From positions 1,240,001 through 1,304,000 of the forward strand of contig JAJCTO010000009.1 in NCBI GenBank assembly GCA_046563655.1: 64,000 bases of DNA, read 5' to 3'. The notes beneath the pieces were generated by a model that was given only the letters and a program-made list of their open reading frames with translations, made no database searches and was not told the origin of the DNA. Positions 50,793 to 64,000 of the stretch are shown here, piece after piece (position 1 is the stretch's first letter; each line of letters begins with the position of its first letter). A program made the position numbers and the translations under genes. The stretch comes from Yuukianura sp. NJ FZ-2021. Taxonomy: Eukaryota.

Positions 50793-53700
50793 AAATGAAC
50801 ATTCAGTATTTTTGGCCATTTCTGGATACAATTTTTGGAAAACACTTTTTTATATTTCCTACCAACTTGCACATTAAATAGATCATGGCTGAAAACTTCT
50901 GCCCAACAATAGTCCGAAATTGTATTTTAGCCCAGCTCCACGATATCACAAGTGCATAAGTCTAACTACGATTTATGTTAAACTTAGGGTTGAAACTATA
51001 CAACAACGTGTCAAACGTTGTGAAAAATGGAATTTATGCCTTGTTACCGCTCATACCAAAATTCTTGGTATTCATCAAATAACGGTCCACTTCGTCGTAA
51101 TGCATAACTGACTAAATCACACGTTGAAAAACATGTTGTCAGCGTCCATCCTTGAGCTCAAACTAGAAGTGCCGGTGAAGTGTCAAGCATGCCTTCACTT
51201 CAGATGCAACCCATGAGTTTTCACTTTGACATCATAAAATATGATAACTCACACGTCGATGGAACTTCTGGGAAAAACCGACCCTTACATTTTCTAAATC
51301 AAAAATGAACATTCAGTATTTTTGGCCATTTCTGGATACAATTTTTGGAAAATACTTTTTTATATTTCCTACCAACTTGCACATTAAATAGATCATGGCT
51401 GAAAACTTCTGCCCAACAATAGTCCGAAATTGTATTTTAGCCCAGCTCCACGATATCACAAGTGCATAAGTCTAACTACGATTTAGGTTAAACTTAGGGT
51501 TGAAACTATACAACAAGGTGTTAAACGTTGTGAAAAATGGATCTTATGCCTTGTTACCGCTCATACCAAAATTCTTGGTATTCATCAAATAACGGTCCAC
51601 TTCGTCGTAATGCATAACTGACTAAATCACACGTTGAAAAACATGTTGTCAGCGTCCATCCTTGAGCTCAAACTAGAAGTGCCGGTGAAGTGTCAAGCAT
51701 GCCTTCACTTCAGATGCAACCCATGAGTTTTCACTTTGACATCATAAATCATGATAACTCACACGTCGATGGAACTTCTGGGAAAAACCGACCCTTACAT
51801 TTTCTAAATCAAAAATGAACATTCAGCATTTTTGGCCATTTCTGGATACAATTTTTGGAAAATACTTTTTTATATTTCCTACCAACTTGCACATTAAATA
51901 GATCATGGCTGAAAACTTCTGCCCAACAATAGTCCGAAATTGTATTTTAGCCCAGCTCCACGATATCACAAGTGCATAAGTCTAACTACGATTTAGGTTA
52001 AACTTAGGGTTGAAACTATACAACAAGGTGTTAAACGTTGTGAAAAATGGATCTTATGCCTTGTTACCGCTCATACCAAAATTCTTGGTATTCATCAAAT
52101 AACGGTCCACTTCGTCGTAATGCATAACTGACTAAATCACACGTTGAAAAACATGTTGTCAGCGTCCATCCTTGAGCTCAAACTAGAAGTGCCTGTGAAG
52201 TGTCAAGCATGCCTTCACTTCAGATGCAACCCATGAGTTTTCACTTTGACATCATAAATCATGATAACTCACACGTCGATGGAACTTCTGGGAAAAACCG
52301 ACCCTTATATTTTCTAAATCAAAAATGAACATTCAGCATTTTTGGCCATTTCTGGATACAATTTTTGGAAAATACTTTTTTATATTTCCTACCAACTTGC
52401 ACATTAAATAGATCATGGCTGAAAACTTCTGCCCAACAATAGTCCGAAATTGTATTTTAGCCCAGCTCCACCATATCACAAGTGCATAAGTCTAACTACG
52501 ATTTAGGTTAAACTTAGGGTTGAAACTATACAACAACGTGTCAAACGTTGTGAAAAATGGAATTTATGCCTTGTTACCGCTCATTCCAAAATTCTTGGTA
52601 TTCATCAAATAACGGTCCACTTCGTCGTAATGCATAACTGACTAAATCACACGTTGAAAAACATGTTGTCAGCGTCCATCCTTGAGCTCAAACTAGAAGT
52701 GCCGGTGAAGTGTCAAGCATGCCTTCACTTCAGATGCAACCCATGAGTTTTCACTTTGACATCATAAAATATGATAACTCACACGTCGATGGAACTTCTG
52801 GGAAAAACCGACCCTTACATTTTCTAAATCAAAAATGAACATTCAGTATTTTTGGCCATTTCTGGATACAATTTTTGGAAAATACTTTTTTATATTTCCT
52901 ACCAACTTGCACATTAAATAGATCATGGCTGAAAACTTCTGCCCAACAATAGTCCGAAATTGTATTTTAGCCCAGCTCCACGATATCACAAGTGCATAAG
53001 TCTAACTACGATTTAGGTTAAACTTAGGGTTGAAACTATACAACAAGGTGTTAAACGTTGTGAAAAATGGATCTTATGCCTTGTTACCGCTCATACCAAA
53101 ATTCTTGGTATTCATCAAATAACGGTCCACTTCGTCGTAATGCATAACTGACTAAATCACACGTTGAAAAACATGTTGTCAGCGTCCATCCTTGAGCTCA
53201 AACTAGAAGTGCCGGTGAAGTGTCAAGCATGCCTTCACTTCAGATGCAACCCATGAGTTTTCACTTTGACATCATAAATCATGATAACTCACACGTCGAT
53301 GGAACTTCTGGGAAAAACCGACCCTTACATTTTCTAAATCAAAAATGAACATTCAGCATTTTTGGCCATTTCTGGATACAATTTTTGGAAAATACTTTTT
53401 TATATTTCCTACCAACTTGCACATTAAATAGATCATGGCTGAAAACTTCTGCCCAACAATAGTCCGAAATTGTATTTTAGCCCAGCTCCACGATATCACA
53501 AGTGCATAAGTCTAACTACGATTTAGGTTAAACTTAGGGTTGAAACTATACAACAAGGTGTTAAACGTTGTGAAAAATGGATCTTATGCCTTGTTACCGC
53601 TCATACCAAAATTCTTGGTATTCATCAAATAACGGTCCACTTCGTCGTAATGCATAACTGACTAAATCACACGTTGAAAAACATGTTGTCAGCGTCCATC

Positions 53701-54883
53701 CTTGAGCTCAAACTAGAAGTGCCTGTGAAGTGTCAAGCATGCCTTCACTTCAGATGCAACCCATGAGTTTTCACTTTGACATCATAAATCATGATAACTC
53801 ACACGTCGATGGAACTTCTGGGAAAAACAGACTATTACATTTTCTAAATCAAAATTGAACATTCGGCATTTTTGGCCATTTTTGGATGAAATTTTTGGAA
53901 AATACTTTTTTATATTTCCTACCGCCTTGCCTTGCACATTAATTAGATCATGTCTGAAAACTTCTGCCCAACAATAGTCCGAAATTGTATTTTAGCCCAG
54001 CTCCACCATACCACAAGTGCATAAGTCTAACTACGATTTAGGTTAAACTTAGGGTTGAAACTATACAACAAGGTGTTAAACGTTGTGAAAAATGGAACTT
54101 ATGCCTTTTTACCGCTTATACAAAAATTCTTGGTATTCATCAAATAACGGTCCACTTCGTCGTAGTGCATAACTGACTAAATTACACGTTGAAAAACATG
54201 TTGTCAGCCTCCATCCTTGAGCTTAAACTAGAAGTGCCGGTAAAGTGTCAAGCATGCCTTCACTTTAGATGCAAACGATGAGTTCTCATTTTGACACCAT
54301 GAATCATGACAACTCACACTTCAATCGAACTTCAGTGAAAAACAGACTATTACATTTTCTAAATCAAAATTGAACATTCGGCATTTTTGGCCATTTTTGG
54401 ATGAAATTTTTGGAAAATACTTTTTTATATTTCCTACCGCCTTGCCTTGCACATTAATTAGATCATGTCTGAAAACTTCTGCCCAACAATAGTCCGAAAT
54501 TGTATTTTAGCACAGCTCCACCATACCATAAGTGCATAAGTCTAACTACGATTTAGGTTTAACTTAGGGTTGAAACTATACAACAAGGTGTTAAACGTTC
54601 TGAAAAATGGAATTTATGCCTTTTTACCGCTCATACCAAAATTCTTGGTATTCATCAAATAACGGTCCACTTCGTCGTAATGCATAACTGACTAAATCAC
54701 ACGTTGAAAAACATGTTGTCAGCGTCCATCCTTGAGCTCAAACTAGAAGTGCCGGTGAAGTGTCAAGCATGCCTTCACTTCAGATGCAACCCATGAGTTT
54801 TCACTTTGACATCATAAATCATGATAACTCACACGTCGATGGAACTTCTGGGAAAAACCGACCCTTACATTTTCTAAATCAAA
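50793..54883. repeat. 510-bp satellite array, block 4 (~8 monomers)
   Basis: Same monomer. Variant ATCATAAAATATG recurs at 51231 and 52761 (1530 bp, three monomers). Confidence 0.99.
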
Positions 54884-55916
54884 CAAGGTAGGGCAATGCT
54901 CAAGGGTTGAGCATTGGTCTTCTGGAGGGAGTTGACAATTGATACGACATTTAGACCTGCCTACCGCAAAACTGTGGGCGTACAGAGAAACCGTTTTCAT
55001 GAAATTAAAGCTCTAAAACGTCACTGAAAATTCGCACTGAGTGCGAATGTGAGATCCTCCTTTATGCATGAGTTGCACCAAAATTGCCTTGGCAATTTTA
55101 CCGTCATGTTCAAGTTTTGAGGCCGAAAATATCTGCACTGAATTGATGTTGTTAATTTGTTGTGCACAAAATGCACAAAATTGAACGTTTAGGTGAAGGT
55201 GTCGAACATCGTTTTTAATTGATGTTCTTAATTTGTCGAGGAGGATGCACATAATGTATTGTCGATGTTGCCATGGCAATTGACTATTAGCGAAAAGAGC
55301 GTAAACCAAACAGCCTCAAAATAATGATGTTGAAATTGAGATTTGTGCATGATGCACAGAATTTGAACGCTGAGAAGGATGCGCCGAATATAGCTTTTTT
55401 TAGAATGAAAATCGGTTCAAATACATGCACCATGTGTTAAATCAAGTGTATAAGTAATAGAGTCGAGCATAGCATGTTAAAATCAAAATTATAAAAATTT
55501 CTTGCAAATGCAAATTTGAACCCTGTCATGCACTGTTTACGTGTTACCAATTTAAGCCGGATTTTCTCCCCTCTAATCAGTCTTAATTTAACAACGTAAC
55601 TAAACATACTGCCAGAAAATGACCAGATCAAAACTCCGTTGTTTATAAATACTTTGAGTGCAATCGAAACCAAAACTGTTTTGCGGAGCCACGATACTGC
55701 GGGTACGTAAAGTAGCCGCCCAATTCTACGTTGTTAATGTACGACTATAAGTGCAATGTAGACCTAATGAAAACACTTAAGCGATACAAGACACCCCGTC
55801 AATAATGGAGGTAATGTTTGAGCGCAAATTGTCCTAAAAAAAGTTACGGACAGACGGACAAAGTCGTATCAATAGTCTTCTTCAGCATGTCGTAGACATG
55901 CGTCTCCAGAAGACTA
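54884..55916 (-). mobile_element. Non-autonomous Helentron-associated / DINE-1-like element (HINE), copy B
   Basis: Same terminal architecture as 49750-50792 with near-identical ends. The interior is clearly diverged, with many substitutions and indels. Confidence 0.82.
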
Positions 55917-58900
55917 AAATGAACATTCAGCATTTTTGGCCATTTCTGGATACAATTTTTGGAAAATACTTTTTTATATTTCCTACCAACTTGCACATTA
56001 AATAGATCATGTCTGAAAACTTCTGCCCAACAATAGTCCGAAATTGTATTTTAGCCCAGCTCCACCATACCACAAGTGCATAAGTCTAACTACGATTTAG
56101 GTTAAACTTAGGGTTGAAACTATACAACAAGGTGTTAAACGTTGTGAAAAATGGAACTTATGCCTTTTTACCGCTTATACAAAAATTCTTGGTATTCATC
56201 AAATAACGGTCCACTTCGTCGTAGTGCATAACTGACTAAATTACACGTTGAAAAACATGTTGTCAGCCTCCATCCTTGAGCTTAAACTAGAAGTGCCGGT
56301 AAAGTGTCAAGCATGCCTTCACTTTAGATGCAAACGATGAGTTCTCATTTTGACACCATGAATCATGACAACTCACACTTCAATCGAACTTCAGTGAAAG
56401 ACAGACTATTACATTTTCTAAATCAAAATTGAACATTCGGCATTTTTGGCCATTTTTGGATGAAATTTTTGGAAAATACTTTTTTATATTTCCTACCGCC
56501 TTGCCTTGCACATTAATTAGATCATGTCTGAAAACTTCTGCCCAACAATAGTCCGAAATTGTATTTTAGCACAGCTCCACCATACCATAAGTGCATAAGT
56601 CTAACTACGATTTAGGTTTAACTTAGGGTTAAAACTATACAACAAGGTGTTAAACGTTCTGAAAAATGGAATTTATGCCTTTTTACCGCTCATACCAAAA
56701 TTCTTGGTATTCATCAAATAACGGTCCACTTCGTCGTAATGCATAACTGACTAAATCACACGTTGAAAAACATGTTGTCAGCGTCCATCCTTGAGCTCAA
56801 ACTAGAAGTGCCGGTGAAGTGTCAAGCATGCCTTCACTTCAGATGCAACCCATGAGTTTTCACTTTGACATCATAAATCATGATAACTCACACGTCGATG
56901 GAACTTCTGGGAAAAACCGACCCTTACATTTTCTAAATCAAAAATGAACATTCAGCATTTTTGGCCATTTCTGGATACAATTTTTGGAAAATACTTTTTT
57001 ATATTTCCTACCAACTTGCACATTAAATAGATCATGTCTGAAAACTTCTGCCCAACAATAGTCCGAAATTGTATTTTAGCCCAGCTCCACCATATCACAA
57101 GTGCATAAGTCTAACTACGATTTAGGTTAAACTTAGGGTTGAAACTATACAACAACGTGTCAAACCTTGTGAAAAATGGAATTTATGCCTTGTTACCGCT
57201 CATACCAAAATTCTTGGTATTCATCAAATAACGGTCCACTTCGTCGTAATGGATAACTGACCAAATCACACGTTGAAAAACATGTTGTCAGCGTCCATCC
57301 TTGAGCTCAAACTAGAAGTGCCGGTAAAGTGTCAAGCATGCCTTCACTTCAGATGCAACCCATGAGTTTTCACTTTGACATCATAAAATATGATAACTCA
57401 CACGCGATGGAACTTCTGGAAAAAACCGACCCTTACATTTTCTAAATCAAAAATGAACATTCAGTATTTTTGGCCATTTCTGGATACAATTTTTGGAAAA
57501 TACTTTTTTATATTTCCTACCAACTTGCACATTAAATAGATCATGGCTGAAAACTTCTGCCCAACAATAGTCCGAAATTGTATTTTAGCCCAGCTCCACG
57601 ATATCACAAGTGCATAAGTCTAACTACGATTTAGGTTAAACTTAGGGTTGAAACTATACAACAAGGTGTTAAACGTTGTGAAAAATGGATCTTATGCCTT
57701 GTTACCGCTCATACCAAAATTCTTGGTATTCATCAAATAACGGTCCACTTCGTCGTAATGCATAACTGACTAAATCACACGTTGAAAAACATGTTGTCAG
57801 CGTCCATCCTTGAGCTCAAACTAGAAGTGCCGGTGAAGTGTCAAGCATGCCTTCACTTCAGATGCAACCCATGAGTTTTCACTTTGACATCATAAATCAT
57901 GATAACTCACACGTCGATGGAACTTCTGGGAAAAACCGACCCTTACATTTTCTAAATCAAAAAAGAAAATTCAGCATTTTTGGCCATTTCTGGATACAAT
58001 TTTTGGAAAATACTTTTTTATATTTCCTACCAACTTGCACATTAAATAGATCATGGCTGAAAACTTCTGCCCAACAATAGTCCGAAATTGTATTTTAGCC
58101 CAGCTCCACGATATCACAAGTGCATAAGTCTAACTACGATTTAGGTTAAACTTAGGGTTGAAACTATACAACAAGGTGTTAAACGTTGTGAAAAATGGAT
58201 CTTATGCCTTGTTACCGCTCATACCAAAATTCTTGGTATTCATCAAATAACGGTCCACTTCGTCGTAATGCATAACTGACTAAATCACACGTTGAAAAAC
58301 ATGTTGTCAGCGTCCATCCTTGAGCTCAAACTAGAAGTGCCTGTGAAGTGTCAAGCATGCCTTCACTTCAGATGCAACCCATGAGTTTTCACTTTGACAT
58401 CATAAATCATGATAACTCACACTTCAATCGAACTTCAGGGAAAAACCGACTATTACATTTTCTAAATCAAAATTGAACATTCAGCATTTTTGGCCATTTT
58501 TGGATAAAATTTTTGGAAAATACTTTTTTATATTTTCTACCGACTTGCACATTAAATAGATCATGTCTGAAAACTTCTGCCCAACAATAGTCCGAAATTG
58601 TATTTTAGCACAGCTCCACCATACCACATGTGCATAAGTCTAACTACGATTTAGGTTTAACTTAGGGTTGAAACTATACAACAAGGTGTCAAACGTTGTG
58701 AAAAATGGAACTTATGCCTTGTTACCGCTCATACCAAAATTCTTGGTATTCATCAAATAACGGTCCACTTCGTCGTAGTGCATAACTGACTAAATCACAC
58801 GTTGAAAAACATGTTGTCAGCGTCCATCCTTGAGCTTAAACTAGAAGTGCCGGTAAAGTGTCATGCATGCCTTCACTTTAGATGCAAACGATGAGTTCTC

Positions 58901-61900
58901 ATTTTGACACCATGAATCATGACAACTCAGGTTTAACTTAGGGTTGAAACTATACAACAAGCTGTTAAACGTTGTGAAAAATGGAACTTATGCCTTTTTA
59001 CCGCTTATACAAAAATTCTTGGTATTCATCAAATAACGTTCCACTTCGTCGTAGTGCACAACTGACTAAATCACACGTTGAAAAACATGTTGTCAGCCTC
59101 CATCCTTGAGCTTAAACTAGAAGTGCCGGTAAAGTGTCAAGCATGCCTTCACTTTAGATGCAAACGATGAGTTCTCATTTTGACACCATGAATCATGACA
59201 ACTCACACTTCAATCGAACTTCAGGGAAAAACCGACTATTACATTTTCTAAATCAAAATTGAACATTCAGCATTTTTGGCCATTTTTGGATAAAATTTTT
59301 GGAAAATACTTTTTTATATTTTCTACCGACTTGCACATTAAATAGATCATGTCTGAAAACTTCTGCCCAACAATAGTCCGAAATTGTATTTTAGCACAGC
59401 TCCACCATACCACATGTGCATAAGTCTTACTACGATTTAGGTTTAACTTAGGGTTGAAACTATACAACATGGTGTCAAACGTTGTGAAAAATGGAACTTA
59501 TGCCTTGTTACCGCTCATACCAAAATTTTTGGTATTCATCAAATAACGGTCCACTTCGTCGTAATGCATAACTGACTAAATCACACGTTGAAAAACATGT
59601 TGTCAGCGTCCATCCTTGAGCTTAAACTAGAAGTGCCGGTAAAGTGTCATGCATGCCTTCACTTTAGATGCAAACGATGAGTTCTCATTTTGACACCATG
59701 AATCATGACAACTCAGGTTTAACTTAGGATTGAAACTATACAACAAGGTGTTAAACGTTGTGAAAAATGGAACTTATGCCTTTTTACCGCTTATACAAAA
59801 ATTCTTGGTATTCATCAAATAACGTTCCACTTCGTCGTAGTGCACAACTGACTAAATCACACGTTGAAAAACATGTTGTCAGCGTCCATCCTTGAGCTCA
59901 AACTAGAAGTGCCGGTAAAGTGTCAAGCATGCCTTCACTTCAGATGCAACCCATGAGTTTTCACTTTGACATCATAAATCATGGTAACTCACACGTCGAT
60001 GGAACTTCTGGGAAAAACCGACCCTTACATTTTCTAAATCAAAAATGAACATTCAGCATTTTTGGCCATTTCTGGATACAATTTTTGGAAAATACTTTTT
60101 TATATTTCCTACCAACTTGCACATTAAATAGATCATGTCTGAAAACTTCTGCCCAACAATAGTCCGAAATTGTATTTTAGCCCAGCTCCACCATACCACA
60201 AGTGCATAAGTCTAACTACGATTTAGGTTAAACTTAGGGTTGAAACTATACAACAAGGTGTTAAACGTTGTGAAAAATGGAACTTATGCCTTTTTACCGC
60301 TTATACAAAATTCTTGGTATTCATCAAATAACGTTCCACTTCGTCGTAGTGCACAACTGACTAAATCACACGTTGAAAAACATGTTGTCAGCGTCCATCC
60401 TTGAGCTCAAACTAGAAGTGCCGGTAAAGTGTCAAGCATGCCTTCACTTCAGATGCAACCCATGAGTTTTCACTTTGACATCATAAATCATGGTAACTCA
60501 CACGTCGATGGAACTTCTGGGAAAAACCGACCCTTACATTTTCTAAATCAAAAATGAACATTCAGCATTTTTGGCCATTTCTGGATACAATTTTTGGAAA
60601 ATACTTTTTTATATTTCCTACCAACTTGCACATTAAATAGATCATGGCTGAAAACTTCTGCCCAACAGTAGTCCGAAATTGTATTTTAGCCCAGCTCCAC
60701 CATATCACAAGTGCATAAGTCTAACTACGATTTAGGTTAAACTTAGGGTTGAAACTATACAACACGGTGTTAAACGTTGTGAAAAATGGAACTTATGCCT
60801 TGTTACCGCTCATACCAAAATTCTTGGTATTCATCAAATAACGGTCCACTTCGTCGTAATGCATAACTGACTAAATCACACGTTGAAAAACATGTTGTCA
60901 GCGTCCATCCTTGAGCTCAAACTAGAAGTGCCGGTGAAGTGTCAAGCATGCGTTCACTTCAGATGCAACCCATGAGTTTTCACTTTGACATCATAAATCA
61001 TGATAACTCACACGTCGATGGAACTTCTGGGAAAAACCGACCCTTACATTTTCTAAATCAAAAATGAACATTCAGCATTTTTGGCCATTTCTGGATACAA
61101 TTTTTGGAAAATACTTTTTTATATTTCCTACCAACTTGCACATTAAATAGATCATGTCTGAAAACTTCTGCCCAACAATAGTCCGAAATTGTATTTTAGC
61201 CCAGCTCCACCATACCACAAGTGCATAAGTCTAACTACGATTTAGGTTAAACTTAGGGTTGAAACTATACAACAACGTGTCAAACGTTGTGAAAAATGGA
61301 ATTTATGCCTTGTTACCGCTCATACCAAAATTCTTGGTATTCATCAAATAACGGTCCACTTCGTCGTAATGCATAACTGACTAAATCACACGTTGAAAAA
61401 CATGTTGTCAGCGTCCATCCTTGAGCTCAAACTAGAAGTGCCGGTGAAGTGTCAAGCATGCCTTCACTTCAGATGCAACCCATGAGTTTTCACTTTGACA
61501 TCATAAAATATGATAACTCACACGTCGATGGAACTTCTGGGAAAAACCGACCCTTACATTTTCTAAATCAAAAATGAACATTCAGTATTTTTGGCCATTT
61601 CTGGATACAATTTTTGGAAAATACTTTTTTATATTTCCTACCAACTTGCACATTAAATAGATCATGGCTGAAAACTTCTGCCCAACAATAGTCCGAAATT
61701 GTATTTTAGCCCAGCTCCACGATATCACAAGTGCATAAGTCTAACTACGATTTATGTTAAACTTAGGGTTGAAACTATACAACAACGTGTCAAACGTTGT
61801 GAAAAATGGAATTTATGCCTTGTTACCGCTCATACCAAAATTCTTGGTATTCATCAAATAACGGTCCACTTCGTCGTAATGCATAACTGACTAAATCACA

Positions 61901-64000
61901 CGTTGAAAAACATGTTGTCAGCGTCCATCCTTGAGCTCAAACTAGAAGTGCCGGTGAAGTGTCAAGCATGCCTTCACTTCAGATGCAACCCATGAGTTTT
62001 CACTTTGACATCATAAAATATGATAACTCACACGTCGATGGAACTTCTGGGAAAAACCGACCCTTACATTTTCTAAATCAAAAATGAACATTCAGTATTT
62101 TTGGCCATTTCTGGATACAATTTTTGGAAAATACTTTTTTATATTTCCTACCAACTTGCACATTAAATAGATCATGGCTGAAAACTTCTGCCCAACAATA
62201 GTCCGAAATTGTATTTTAGCCCAGCTCCACGATATCACAAGTGCATAAGTCTAACTACGATTTAGGTTAAACTTAGGGTTGAAACTATACAACAAGGTGT
62301 TAAACGTTGTGAAAAATGGATCTTATGCCTTGTTACCGCTCATACCAAAATTCTTGGTATTCATCAAATAACGGTCCACTTCGTCGTAATGCATAACTGA
62401 CTAAATCACACGTTGAAAAACATGTTGTCAGCGTCCATCCTTGAGCTCAAACTAGAAGTGCCGGTGAAGTGTCAAGCATGCCTTCACTTCAGATGCAACC
62501 CATGAGTTTTAACTTTGACATCATAAATCATGATAACTCACACGTCGATGGAACTTCTGGGAAAAACCGACCCTTACATTTTCTAAATCAAAAATGAACA
62601 TTCAGCATTTTTGGCCATTTCTGGATACAATTTTTGGAAAATACTTTTTTATATTTCCTACCAACTTGCACATTAAATAGATCATGGCTGAAAACTTCTG
62701 CCCAACAATAGTCCGAAATTGTATTTTAGCCCAGCTCCACGATATCACAAGTGCATAAGTCTAACTACGATTTAGGTTAAACTTAGGGTTGAAACTATAC
62801 AACAAGGTGTTAAACGTTGTGAAAAATGGATCTTATGCCTTGTTACCGCTCATACCAAAATTCTTGGTATTCATCAAATAACGGTCCACTTCGTCGTAAT
62901 GCATAACTGACTAAATCACACGTTGAAAAACATGTTGTCAGCGTCCATCCTTGAGCTCAAACTAGAAGTGCCTGTGAAGTGTCAAGCATGCCTTCACTTC
63001 AGATGCAACCCATGAGTTTTCACTTTGACATCATAAATCATGATAACTCACACGTCGATGGAACTTCTGGGAAAAACCGACCCTTACATTTTCTAAATCA
63101 AAAATGAACATTCAGCATTTTTGGCCATTTCTGGATACAATTTTTGGAAAATACTTTTTTATATTTCCTACCAACTTGCACATTAAATAGATCATGGCTG
63201 AAAACTTCTGCCCAACAATAGTCCGAAATTGTATTTTAGCCCAGCTCCACCATATCACAAGTGCATAAGTCTAACTACGATTTAGGTTAAACTTAGGGTT
63301 GAAACTATACAACAACGTGTCAAACGTTGTGAAAAATGGAATTTATGCCTTGTTACCGCTCATACCAAAATTCTTGGTATTCATCAAATAACGGTCCACT
63401 TCGTCGTAATGCATAACTGACTAAATCACACGTTGAAAAACATGTTGTCAGCGTCCATCCTTGAGCTCAAACTAGAAGTGCCGGTGAAGTGTCAAGCATG
63501 CCTTCACTTCAGATGCAACCCATGAGTTTTCACTTTGACATCATAAAATATGATAACTCACACGTCGATGGAACTTCTGGGAAAAACCGACCCTTACATT
63601 TTCTAAATCAAAAATGAACATTCAGTATTTTTGGCCATTTCTGGATACAATTTTTGGAAAATACTTTTTTATATTTCCTACCAACTTGCACATTAAATAG
63701 ATCATGGCTGAAAACTTCTGCCCAACAATAGTCCGAAATTGTATTTTAGCCCAGCTCCACGATATCACAAGTGCATAAGTCTAACTACGATTTAGGTTAA
63801 ACTTAGGGTTGAAACTATACAACAAGGTGTTAAACGTTGTGAAAAATGGATCTTATGCCTTGTTACCGCTCATACCAAAATTCTTGGTATTCATCAAATA
63901 ACGGTCCACTTCGTCGTAATGCATAACTGACTAAATCACACGTTGAAAAACATGTTGTCAGCGTCCATCCTTGAGCTCAAACTAGAAGTGCCGGTGAAGT
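55917..64000. repeat. 510-bp satellite array, block 5 (~16 monomers; runs off the window)
   Basis: Same monomer. It includes two deletion junctions (AACTCAGGTTT at ~58924 and ~59710). Confidence 0.99.

Noticed and set aside
49678..55673. ORFs in the two HINE copies as Rep/helicase remnants
   Set aside because: They are short, not conserved in frame between copies, and lack HUH or helicase motifs.

Overview
Eukaryotic (probably metazoan) heterochromatin-like DNA. About 43 kb is a head-to-tail array of an AT-rich 510-bp satellite (~84 monomers, one orientation throughout), interrupted by four insertions. (1) A 6.2-kb element (25535-31770) has ~1.19-kb TIRs, AG...CT termini and a 6-bp TSD (ACCATG). 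It encodes only Polinton/Maverick-type virion genes: minor capsid, a small basic protein and a major capsid with one frameshift. It also carries a candidate Pol III small RNA. (2) One monomer away, a 12.8-kb element (32341-45124; AG...CT termini, 5-bp TSD ACTAT) is almost entirely a palindrome. Each ~6.3-kb arm carries an intron-containing protein-primed family B DNA polymerase (1425 aa when reconstructed), and each copy has a different frameshift. (3, 4) Two diverged ~1-kb Helentron/DINE-1-like non-autonomous elements sit at the same position of different monomers. No integrase, packaging ATPase or adenain-type maturation protease is visible. The main hypothesis is a split (multipartite or helper-dependent) Polinton-like system living in a satellite array, with separate 'capsid-only' and 'polymerase-only' integrating segments. 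Independent deletion/fold-back derivatives of ordinary Polintons are the alternative. Protein calls rest on motif recognition by eye; no database search was run.
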